This document shows, piece after piece, positions 22,901 to 34,900 of a stretch of DNA of 64,000 nucleotides. Made by a program: the position numbers and the translations under genes. A model generated the notes under the pieces. It had not been told where the DNA came from and searched no databases. It saw only the letters and a list, made by a program, of their open reading frames with translations. This DNA is from Mobula hypostoma. Lineage: Eukaryota. Each line of letters opens with the position of its first letter. Position 1 is the first letter of the stretch. The stretch lies in assembly GCF_963921235.1 (NCBI RefSeq), contig NC_086118.1, positions 4,836,001 to 4,900,000 of the forward strand. The letters are read 5' to 3'.

Positions 22901-25900
22901 TGACCTCTGTATACTGTCAGGCATCTTTGCTTCAAGTGAGGCCTATTTATTCGTTCTTAGTCTCTGTTCCCTTCACCAGTTAAATGGGTTTGTGCTTCAG
23001 AATTAAATAAAATTGAACAAAATTAGATCCCGGATTCGATTTGTCTATTTATGTTGTTAAATTGAAGCAGTTCTGTTTCTCTCTTAAGCCACATTGATTC
23101 TTTTGTCCATTCGCTTCAGTGTTTTCTAATTTCTTTAACTTAGAAAAGTAAGCTCACTTGCATATATTTTCACATTATTATTGCAGAGCAGTAGTCAGCC
23201 AGAGTGGACATTGAAAGTCCAAGCCTCAAAACCATACCTGTACAGTGTAAGATTGAAATTAATTTTATGCATCAGTGGTGTATGGAAGTGTGGTTTACTC
23301 ACTATTTCTGGAGAATTCACTACTTCTATCGGAAGAAGTTGCTGTAGTTTCAGTTCCAGGTTCTGTTTATTAAATAATTTGACTTTGTCGAATGATAGGC
23401 TGTTGTAAATCATATACCCCTCCCAACTCCTACTTTCTTCAGCTCTTGTAGTGTTGTAAAATACTTAAAACAAACTTATCCTTATCCAATGGCCAAGGCA
23501 ATTGTTTTTGAAAAAACATGAAGAATGATAAAATGCAAACACAAAGAAATCTGCGGATGCTGGAATTTCAAGCAACACACATAAAAGTTGCTGGTGAACG
23601 CAGCAGGCCAGGCAGCATCTCTAAGAAGAGGTACAGTCGACGTTTTGAGCTGAGACCTGACAAAGGGTCTCGGCCCGAAACGTCAACTGTGCTTCTTCCT
23701 AGAGATGCTGCCTGGCCTGCTGTATTCACCAGCAACTTTTATGAAGAATGATTGTTCAGTTTGGTTGTTTCCTACGATGTACAGTTTTGTGATTAAATGG
23801 TAGTTTTCCTTTTCAAATGTATATGTAAAATAATAAAATAATTTGATTATTGTGTATTGTTAATCAATAGGGGTGTGGATGAAGGGGGTGGAATGTGGTA
23901 CAGATAAGGAGTGGTGGGGTAAACATCGTACTGAGTGAGTCTAAGATGAGCTGGAAAGGCTAACACCCTTCTGGCAAGTTTTTAGCCGGTACAACAGGCT
24001 TTACAACATTCATTTGCAAACCCAGCATATCGTCTTTGGGTTGGGCACTCATAAGTTTGAAGGAATCGTATAGTGAACAATTTTACAGAGTATATGAAAG
24101 ATGAAGTCCTTGGCTGCTGTTTAACAGATTATTAAATAAAGTATATTATGCATCATGTCCTTGCTAGTGGCCTGAAAGGGTGGGGGGGGGGCGGTGGTGA
24201 AGATGAGAAGAGGAGGAAGCTTATATTAATGTAATACAAGAGATCACAAATGTTTTTCATGTATCAATTCGCTAATGCAAGATGCTCAGTAACCATTTTA
24301 TGTTCTGTGAGGTTGCACCTGTTAGAATTTTAGTTGGAAAGGTAGTGGCATTTTTGATTGTTATGCCCACATAACCCTGTAGGTACTTTATACTTTATTG
24401 TCGCCAAACAATTGGTACTAGAATGTACAATCATCACAGCGATATTTGATTCTACGCTTCACACTCCCTGGATTACAAATATTAAATATTATAAATATTA
24501 AAAATAGTTAAATTAGTAAATATTAAAAGTTTAAATTGTAATTCATAAGTAGAAAATGGAAAAATGGGAAGTATGGTAGTGCAAAAAAACCGAGAGGCAG
24601 GTCCGGATATTTGGAGGGTACGGCCCAGATCTGGGTCAGGATCCGTTTAGCAGTCTTATCACAGTTGGAAAGAAGCTGTTCCCAAATCTGGCCGTACGAG
24701 TCTTCAAGCTCCTGAGCCTTCTCCCAGAGGGAAGAGGGGTGAAAAGTCTGTTGGCTGGGTGGATCATGTCCTTGATTATCCTGGCAGCACTGCTCCAACA
24801 GCGTGCGGTGTAAAGTGAGTCCACGGACGGAAGATTGGTTTGTGTGATGTGCTGCGCCGTGTTCACGATCTTCTGCTGCTTCTTTAGGTCCTGGACAGGA
24901 CAACTTCTATACCAGGTTGTGATGCACCCTAGAAGAATGCTTTCTACGGTGCATCTATAACAATTAGTGAGGGTTTTAGGGGACAGGCCAAATTTCTTTA
25001 GTTTTCTCAAGATGTAAAGGTGCTGGTGGGCTTTCTTGGCAGTGAACTCTGCTTGGTTGGACTAAGTCAGGTCATTTGTGATATTGACCCCGAGGAACTT
25101 AAAGCTTTTGACCTGTTCCACTTGCGCACCACCGATGTAAATTGGGTTGTGCGGTTCACTACTCCTTCTGAAGTCAACAATCAATTCCTTCGTCTTGCTG
25201 ACGTTGAGGGATAGGTTATTGTCTTCACACCATGCCACCAGGATTTTAATTTCCTCTCTGTACTCAAACTCATCATTACCCGAGATACGGCCTACAATTG
25301 TTGTGTCATCAGCAAACTTACATATTGAGTTTGATGGAAACTTGGCTACACAATCATGGGTGTACAGTAAGTACAGCAGGGGGCTGAGTACACAGCCTTG
25401 TGGAGCACCGGTGCTCAGAGTGATTGTAGAGGAGAGCTTGTCCCCTATTTTTACAGCCTGGGTCCTATCTGTGAGGAAGTTGAAGATCCAGCTGCAGATC
25501 TGAGTGCAAAGGCCCAGGTTCCGGAGCTTAGGAATCAGTTTATTTGGAATGACGGTATTAAAGGCAGAGCTGTAGTCAATGAAAAGGAGCCTTACGTATG
25601 CGTCTTTATTCCCCAGGTGTTCTAAGGAGGAATGTAGGGCCAGAGAGATGGCATCTGCCGTTGACCTGTTGCTCCGGTAGGCGAATTGCAAAGCGTCGAG
25701 GTTCACCGGTAGGCTGTGGTTGATGTGTGCCATAACCAGTCTCTCGAAGCATTTCATAGCAATTGATGTCAGAGCCACAGGTTGATAGTCATTCAGGCAT
25801 GCCACCTTGCTCTTCTTCGGCACCGGGATTATCATTGCCTTCTTAAAACACGAGGGGATCTTAGAGTGAAGCAAGGAGCAGTTGAAGATGTCAGCAAACA

Positions 25901-28900
25901 CTCCAGCTAGCTTGCTTGCACAGGCTCGGACAACCCATCCTGGGACACCATCTGGGCCCGTCGCCTTCATTGGATTTATCTTCAGGAAGGCCCTTGTAAC
26001 GTCCTCCTCAGTGACGATGAACCTCGATGCCACCAGGTCCGGTTCATCCGGAGGGAGCGGGACACTCCTCTTCTGTTCGAATCTTGCGTAGAATACGTTA
26101 AGTTCGTTAGGAAGAGAAGCGCCACGGTTATTGATATTCCCAGCTTTTTCTTTGTGCCCAGTGATCTCATTTAGACCCTCCCATAGTCTACTGGCATCCT
26201 TTTGGTTAGCCTGGGCTTCCAACTTGGCTCGATATTGCCTCTTGGTGTCCTTAATGGCTTTCCGAGTTCATGCCTGGATTCGGTGTAGTGACTGGTGTCC
26301 CCAGACCTAAAAGCCGCAGCTCTAACCTTTAAAAGGGACTTGACGTCATAATTCATCCAAGGTTTCCGGTTAGGGAATACCCGGATCATCTTGCGAGACA
26401 CACAGTCCTCTGTGCATTTCCAGATAAAGTCCGTGACAGCTGAGGCATACTCATCGAGGTTAGCTGCTGAGTCCTTGAATACTAACCAGTCCACCAATTC
26501 AGTACAGCAGTATTGGTTTATTATTGTCATGTGTAATAAGATGTAATGAAAGGCTTGTCTTGCATATTGTTTATACAGAAGAAATCATTACACAATGCAT
26601 TGAGCTAGAGCAAGGTAAGATAACGCAAGAACAATATGGAATAAGGAGCAAAAGCTACAAAAAAGCAAAGTGCAGGCACACATTAAAAGTGCAAGATCAT
26701 AATGAGGTAGTTGGTGGACAAGAGTCCATCTTACCATACAAGATATCGTTGTTTGTAGGGTTCTTGCTGACCCTGGAATTTAGGTCACAAACATTTCATT
26801 TCCAGGCGAGGTGACATTATCAGTGCACAATGAGGTGTTGTTTCTGCCGAGTGCCCATGTTTATATTGGTCTGACTCACTGTTCTGATTGGATGGCTGTC
26901 GTGCTAGTCACTAGTCTCACTGGTCCCTCTCCCTGGTTAGTGGTCATTATGAGTGTTGGTTCCTCTAGTGTCTGTGGCTCACACCTCGGTCCCGATCCCC
27001 AGGCGCGTAGGTTAGTAAACTGCATTCAGTTCAATATGCTTGTTAATAAAGTCTTCCATTGAGAACCAAGCTTCTAAGAATTCTCTAGATATCTTATTTT
27101 GTGCTTTTGCCAGGACTTTTGTAGTTTCCCAGATGAACTTGTGTCCTTCTTGGTCTTCATGTACTGAGATGAGTGACAGAATCATCTCTACCTACGACTA
27201 GCTGATGTTCATGTTGTCTCGCAGATAGTTTTCTCCCTGTCTGTCCTACATAGTTTTCGGGGCAGTCTCCACATTGAATTTGGTACGTTGTTTTTTTTTC
27301 TCCATATGGGCTGTTGGATCTTTGGTTCTCGAGATGAGTATTCCGATGATTGTGCTGGGTTTGTGTACTACCATTATTTTGTTTGGTTGAAGCAGTATTG
27401 CTGTCGCTTTCAAAATATTCCTGATATATGGTATGGTTAGCATCTTTTTTGTCTGTTCAGTAGGAGTTGAAAGGTTGCGTCTCCGGACGAGACACCTTCT
27501 GAAGAAGTGTTTTTTAGATGGCCATTGCGTGTGAATACTTTGAAAAGGTGATTTTCTTCTTTCTTCTTGAGGTCTGTGCTACTGCAGTGTGTTTCAAATA
27601 TGTCGCTAATTTGGTTTTGAATCTCTTATCTGGTTTCATTTGAGTATGACAGAAGTGTCATCAACAGAGTGCATCCACAGTTTTGGTCTGATAAGTGGTA
27701 ATACTGTCCTCTCCAGTTTTTTGCAGGAAAGCTTCCACGATGAGCCCAGTTTTAAGAGATCCCATCCGTGTTCCTTTCAGCTATTTGTAGAGTTGTTTGT
27801 TAAATATGGAATATGTTGTTTAGCAAAAGTTCAGTAGTTTGCATATATTTTAGGATCTCATCGACTGGGTCATTTGTTCTTGTTTTTAAGTAGTTTGCAT
27901 ATCGTTTCTTTTGCTAAGTTGTGATCGATTGGCGTGAAGAGTGCAGTGAAGTTGAACAAGCTCATTATTTCATCATTGTCCAGCTGGATGTTCTGCAGCT
28001 TCTGTAGAAACTGTTGTGTGGTGTTTATTGAATAGTCCAATCAATGGCGATGCTTCAAACGTATCCATAGTTCTTTCACCAGTTTGTAGGTTGGGGTCCC
28101 TGATAGCAAAACAATTGGACATAGAATCCAGAAGCACAAAACAAGAAATCAAGAGAATTCTTAGAAGCTTGATTCTTAGCGGAAGACTCTATTACCAAGC
28201 ATATTGAACTGGACTCAATATATGAACCCATGCGTTTGTGGGATTGGGGCTGAGGGATGAGCTGTGAACATCTGAGAAATCAATGTTCACAGCAACCAAT
28301 AACCGGGGATATGGAGCAGAGGAGACTGGCAGCCAGCCACTCACAGCAACGAGCTGGATCGATATAAACATAAGCACTTGCAGAAACAACACTCATCTCA
28401 ACTGGTGATGAAACCTTTGCGACCCAAACTCCAGGCTGAGCGAACAACCCTACAAACAAGCAGCCAACCTGAACTACCAATCTTCTCTTTCGCTCCATAC
28501 AAGAGGCCCATTTAAAAGTCAGATAATAGTGGCTTGATGGTACAAAAACCTCAGGTTTTTATATCTTCTGCCAGATCAGAGAGGGGAGAGGAAAGAATGT
28601 CTGGGATGGATGTGATCTTTGATTATGCTGGCTTCTTTACTGAGGTAGTGAGAATTGTAGACAGAGTCTATAGAAGTGAGGCTGGTTACTATGATTTGCT
28701 GAGCTGCATCCACAACTCTACAGTTTGTTGTAGTCATGTGCGGAGCAGTTGCCATATCAAGTTGTTATGGATCCAAAGAGATGCATTTTATGGTGCATTG
28801 AGTCAATGGGAACATGCCGAATTTCTTTAGCTGCCTGAGCAACTAGCAGCATTGGTGACCCTTATTGGCTATGACATCAATGTGGTTGGGTCAGGATAAG

Positions 28901-31900
28901 CTGTTGGTGATGTTCAGTTCCAGGAACTTCAAGTCAAGTTTATTGTCATTTAACTATTTATGTGTACCGTCAAACGAGACAAGGTTTCTCTGGACCAGCA
29001 TATAAAGCACAGTTGTACACATAACACACATATTGCACACAGTAACTTAGAATTAAATCTACAAATGAATTACACATAAATAAACAAAGTAAAGTGCATA
29101 AATTCAATATTGTAAGGTACAGAACAAATTAACCAGTGGCACTTTGAATGCGATGCGGCGGGGAGTTCAGACACCTAATGACCTGAGAGAAGAAACTGTT
29201 TCCCATCCTGATTGTTCTTGTCTTTATGCATCGGAGTCTCCTGAGGATGTTGGATGGATGGGTGGGGTCCTTGATGATACTAAGTCCCCTGCATGCACAG
29301 CACACCTAATAGATATTGCCAGCGGATGGTAGAGTGACTCCAACGATCCACTGGGCTGTTCACAGTCCTTTGTAGCGACTTCTGGTCCAGTGCACTGCTA
29401 CTCCCATACCAGATGGAGATGCAGCATTCTCAATGGTGCTCCTGTAAAATTCAGTTAAGATTTGGGGTGGGAGGGTGTGAGCCTCACTTTCCTCAATCTC
29501 CTCAGGAAGTTGAATGCTCCTGTACCTTATTATTCAGGGAGTTCTCAACCTTGACACTGTTGATGTAATACAAATAAAATGCTGAAGGAACCCAGCAGGC
29601 CAGGCAGCATTTATGGAAAAGAGTAAACAGTCGACATTTCAGGCCAAGACCCTTCATCCTAATGAAGGATCTTGGCCCAAAATGTCAACTGTTTACTCTT
29701 TTCCATAAGTGCTGGCTATCCTGCTGAGTTCCTCCAAAATTTTGTGTGTGTTGCTTGGATTTCCAGTATCTGCAGATTTTCTCTTGTTACTGCTAATGTA
29801 GACACGTGCATGTGGACCAGCCCCCCTTTCTGAAGTTAATTGCTAGCTCTTTTGTTTTGTTGGCTTTGAGGAAATGAATGCTGTCATTACATCATGACAC
29901 TAAGCTCTCTTTATTCTTTCTGTATTCCAACTCGTCATTATTTGATATGCCCATGACTGTGTAGTCACCTGCAAACTTGAAGGTGGAGGGAGTTAGAACA
30001 GAACCTGGACACGCAGTAGAGTTGTTGGGGGGGGGGGGTTGCTGAGGATGCAAACTCAGGGGGCACCAGTGTTTGGAGTAGTCTTAGTGGAGGTGTCGCT
30101 GCCAATCCTTACCGATTGGGATCTGTTAGTCAAAAACTCGAGAATTCAGTTGCAGAGAAAGGCATTGATTTCCTCCAGGGTCTGCAACTTGACGTTTGCG
30201 TGGAATAATCGTATTGAAGGCTGAACTGTATTCAATAAGCAATAGTCTGACAAAGGTGTCTTTATTGTCCAGATGCTTCAGAGATGACTGCCATAAGCCT
30301 CTTTCAGCAGTGGGCAAGTTGCAGTTGTCTAATACTGCAGTAGTTGCAGTATTGTATAGCATTGAACCAATTCGTTATTTATGTTTGATCAGATATTCAA
30401 ACAAAAGTTCAATTGTGCTAATATACCGCATCATCATTAACTTGGCCATGTTCCCTGCATCGTCTACTTGCCTATTACTCTGTGAAGAGTGATTTGTCTG
30501 GTAAAACAGTTAACAAATTCATTGTCTGCTGAAATATTACTCTCAATGCATTGTGTTTGTGGAGTAACATTTTTTTTGTCCACCATATCAAATGTATTCT
30601 GAAAACTCAAATCCATTACATCCACTTGAGCTAAGTGGATAATCTTAAAGAATTCTACCAAAGTTGTCTTGTAAAATCACATTGTATTATAATTTTTTTT
30701 TTAACCCTGCTGTATCTATTTCCTCACTATTAAATTGTTGGCATTTGAAGACATAAGTTATCATAATTGACCCAAGGTTCCCTGCTTTCTGCCAAGGGCT
30801 ACCTTCACCTTCCTTCAAAGATACCTGGAAATGGTCATTCATTCAACTAAAATAAAAGGGTGACTTTGCTGATAAAAGTCAAGCATTAGAGTCCGGCAGC
30901 TTGACATTCTTCCCCAGAAAATGACTTTCCAAAAACTTGCAAACTATTGTTGCTGCATCTGCAGCACAGAGGAAATGAATCACATGCTGTTATTTTTAGA
31001 GAATTAAAACAGTATTTATCATTCACAGCCAGTATTTGTTTTTGGAATTACTGGATTTTTTTGGATCTAGACAATTTTGAAAGAGAGCAGCAATTAATTA
31101 CTAATATGTTTCTGTGCAGAGCTCATTGTAGCGTTGTCTTACGGGTGACATCAAGCAGTAAAAAAAAGGGAAGAGTTGGATTGTTTTACATGGCAGTATG
31201 GTCATAAATTGGAATAAGGTTCCATGAAAGACACAGGACACCTGGCCTGCTGGCTAGATATTGTAAGGCAGGGGTCCCCAACCTTTTTTGCACCGCAGAC
31301 TGGCCGACTGGGGGGGGTTGGGCGTGGGTGGTTAGAGTTGTCAACGGACAAGAGTAGCAGCCAAATACGTTGTGTTTACCCCGAGAAAGACTACAATGAC
31401 CTGAAGCCTTGCGCGGGCACCTGTATGCGCATGCGTGTATGTGCCGATTTTTTTTCTACAAATCGTTTTTGGCCATTCTGTTCAGTGAAACTACACTGTA
31501 CATGCATTATTTCTACTTTATATAGGCTGTGTATTTATCGTATCATTCCTGCTTTTACTATATGTTAGTGTTACTTTAGGTTTTATGTGTTATTAGGTAG
31601 GTTATTTTTTGGGTCTGGGAACGCTCAGAAATTTTTTCCATATAAATGAATGGTAATTGCTTCTTCGCTGTACGCCATTTCGGCATGAAAGGTTTCCTAG
31701 GAATGCTCTACCTCAGCGGGGGAAATACGGGACAAGGGACAAACCAATTTAGCCTAATATACGGGATGTCCCGGCTAATACGGGACAGTTGGCAACCCTG
31801 GGGTGGGGGGGGGTGGTGAATCACGACCGGAATATGGGTGATAAGTGAACTATAAATCACTTATAAGTGGCTAATATACTCAATTTCGTTTCTAAAAGGG

Positions 31901-34900
31901 TTTATCTAATGAATTTAATATTAAACACACAGCGCATATTTTCCTGGCATGAATATAGTGATAAGTCAATTATAAGTCACTTATAAGTCAATAGCATCAT
32001 AACATTTTAAGTAACGTTTGGATATTAAACATACAGCACATATTTTCCCCGTATGAGCATATAAGATCATTGCAACACACCAATATTGCTGAATTGGTGG
32101 GAGACAGTGATACTCGAAAGGTTTCCTTATGTCCAGTCTATTCTGCAATTTAGTTTTAGTTGCATTCATTGCAGAAAACTCTGCTTCACAGAGATATGTT
32201 GGAAATGGAAGCAACGTTTTCAGTGCTTTCATGGCTATCTCGGGATTGCACTGCCCCTGAGGAATGCTGTCTCATTCTGCCCTGCAGAACTGATGTATGG
32301 TTAAAATGACAATAAAGTTTTTTGAATCTTGAATCTTGAATATTTAGCCTTGACTTTGTTCCAGAATGCCGGCAGAGATGTTATGTCAAACATACTTTTC
32401 AGCCCGCCGTCATTTGCAAGCGCGAGGAGTTGATCTTCCCCGCGCTGACAGGGATGACGCGTGGGTAACGACCTCGCATGCGTTCAAGTTCAACAGTGCG
32501 TGACAGGATCGCCAAATCATATCGTTTCCTCGCAGCCCGGTAGCACATGCTTTGCGGCCCATGGTTGGGGACCACTGTTGTAAGGGGAGGATAAATTAGA
32601 CTGAGCTGAATCACTTTGATTTTCAGTAACTTTGAGGGTTTGGATGTCACTGGTAAAGCTGGCACTTATTGCTCAGTCCTAATTGTCCTTGAAAAAGCTG
32701 TGGTGAGTCATTTCCTTGAACTTCAGTAGTCTCTGGTGAAGGTGCTCTCACTGTCACTCAGAAGGAAGTTCCAGGATTTCTATCCAGAGTCTTGCAAAAT
32801 TTCCCCAGTCAAGATAGGAACATATACAGTGACCTTTACCGTAACTGATTTGGCTGTTGAAATAGGGATGGTGTTTAAATCCTAATGAAGGTGATGCAAA
32901 TACTGATTCTTCTTCATTGGTTGGCAAGATGCAAGTGAAGGTAAAAAAAAAAGCAGGGAGCAAAAGGTGAAATATTTCAATGCAAATTGAAAATATAAGC
33001 TCCCCAAATTCCTTTAAAATAAAGTAAATGAATGCTCACAAACGATATAATAAAGCAAGGGATGAGTAAAATTAGGGAAAACGTTTGTGCTTGGCACTTC
33101 TGCTGAAGTCTTGATTGGCTGCCCAAGTGTGTGATTCACTGCCAGTTGTGTGAATCAGAATCAGGTTTATTATCACTGGCTTGTGACGTGAAATTTGTTA
33201 ACTTATCAGCAGCAGTTCAATGCAATACATAATAAAGAAGAGAAAAAAAGTAAACAAGTAAACCAATTACAGTATATGTATAGTGAATAGATTTTAAAAA
33301 AACATGCAGAAATACTGTATATTTTTTAAAAAGTGAGGTAGTGTCCAAGAGTTCAATGTCCATTTAGGAATCAGGTGGCAGAGGGGAAGAAGCTGTTCCT
33401 GAATCGTTGAGTGTGTGCCTTCAGGCTTCTGTACCTTCTACCTGTGAGAAAAGGGCATGCCCTGGGTGCTGGAGGTCCTTAACAATAGATGCTGACTTTC
33501 TGAGACATCACTCCCTGAAGATGTCCTGGGTACTTATGTAGGCTAGTACCCAAGATGGAACTGTCTAGATTTACAGCCCTCTGCAGCTTCTTTCGGTCCT
33601 GTGCAGTAGCCCCTCCATACCAGACAGTGATGCAGTCTGTCAGATTGCTCTCTACAGTACGATTGTAGAAGTCTTTGAGTGTATTTGTGGAAATGCCAAA
33701 TCTCTTCAAACTCCTAATGAAGTATAGCCACTCTCTTGCCTTCTTTATAGCGATATCAATATGTTGGGACCAGGTTAGAACTTCAGAGATCTTGACACCC
33801 AGGAACTTGAAACTGCTCACTCTCTCCACTTCTGATCCCTCTATGAGGATTGGAATGTGTTCCTTTGTCTTACCCTTCCTGAAGTCCACAATCAGCTCTT
33901 TCGTCTTAATGACGTTGAGTGCCAGGTTGTTGCTGCGGCACCACTCCACTAGTTGGCATATCTCACTCCTATACACCCTCCTGTCACCACCTGAGATTCT
34001 ATCAACAACGGTTGTAGTGTCAGCAAATTTATAGATGGCATTTGAACTATGCCTAGCCACACAGTCGTGTATATTGAGAGTAGAACAGTGGGCTAAACAC
34101 AAACCCCTGAGTGTCGATAGTCAACGAGGAGTATATGTTATCACCAATCTACACGGATTGTGGTCTTCTGGTTAGGAAGTCATGGATCCAATTGCAGAGG
34201 GAGGTACAGAGGCCCAGGTTCTGCAACTTCTCAATCAGGATTGTGGGAATGATGGTATTAAATGCTGAGCTATAGTCGATGAACAGCATCCTAATGTAGG
34301 TGTTTGTGTTATCCAGGTGGTCTAAAGCCATGTGAAGAGCCATTGAGATTGTGTCTGCCGTTGACCGATTGTGGCAGTAGGCAAATTGCATGGGTCCAGG
34401 TCCTTGCTGAGGCAGGAGTTCAGTCTAGTCATGACCAACCTCTCAAAGCATTTCATCACTGTCGATGTGAGTGCTACCGGGCGATAGTCATTAAGGCAGC
34501 TCACATTACTCTTAGGCACTGATATAATTGTTGCCTTTTTGAAGCAAGTGGGAACTTCCACCCATAGCAGTGAGAGGTTGAAATTTTCCATGAGTATTCC
34601 CGCTAGTTGGTTGGCACAGGTTTTCAGAGCATTACTGGGTACTCCATCAGGAACTTCCGCCTTGCAAGTGTTCACTCGCTTTAAAGACAGCCTAACATCA
34701 GCCTCTGGGACAGAGATCACAGGGTCGTCAGGTTCAGCAGGGATCTTCACAGCTGTAGTTATATTCTCCCTTTCAAAGCGGGCATAGAAGGCGTTGAGTT
34801 CATCTGGTAGTGAAACATTGCTGCCATTCATACTATTGGGTTTCTCTTTGTAGGAAGTATTGTCTTGCAGACCCTGCCAAGTTGCTGTGCATCCGATGTT

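Noticed and set aside
25062-26222. 386-aa reverse transcriptase ORF as a functional gene or novel RT system
   Set aside because: Typical Rex1/Babar LINE RT, 5'-truncated, with frameshifts on both sides and no endonuclease.
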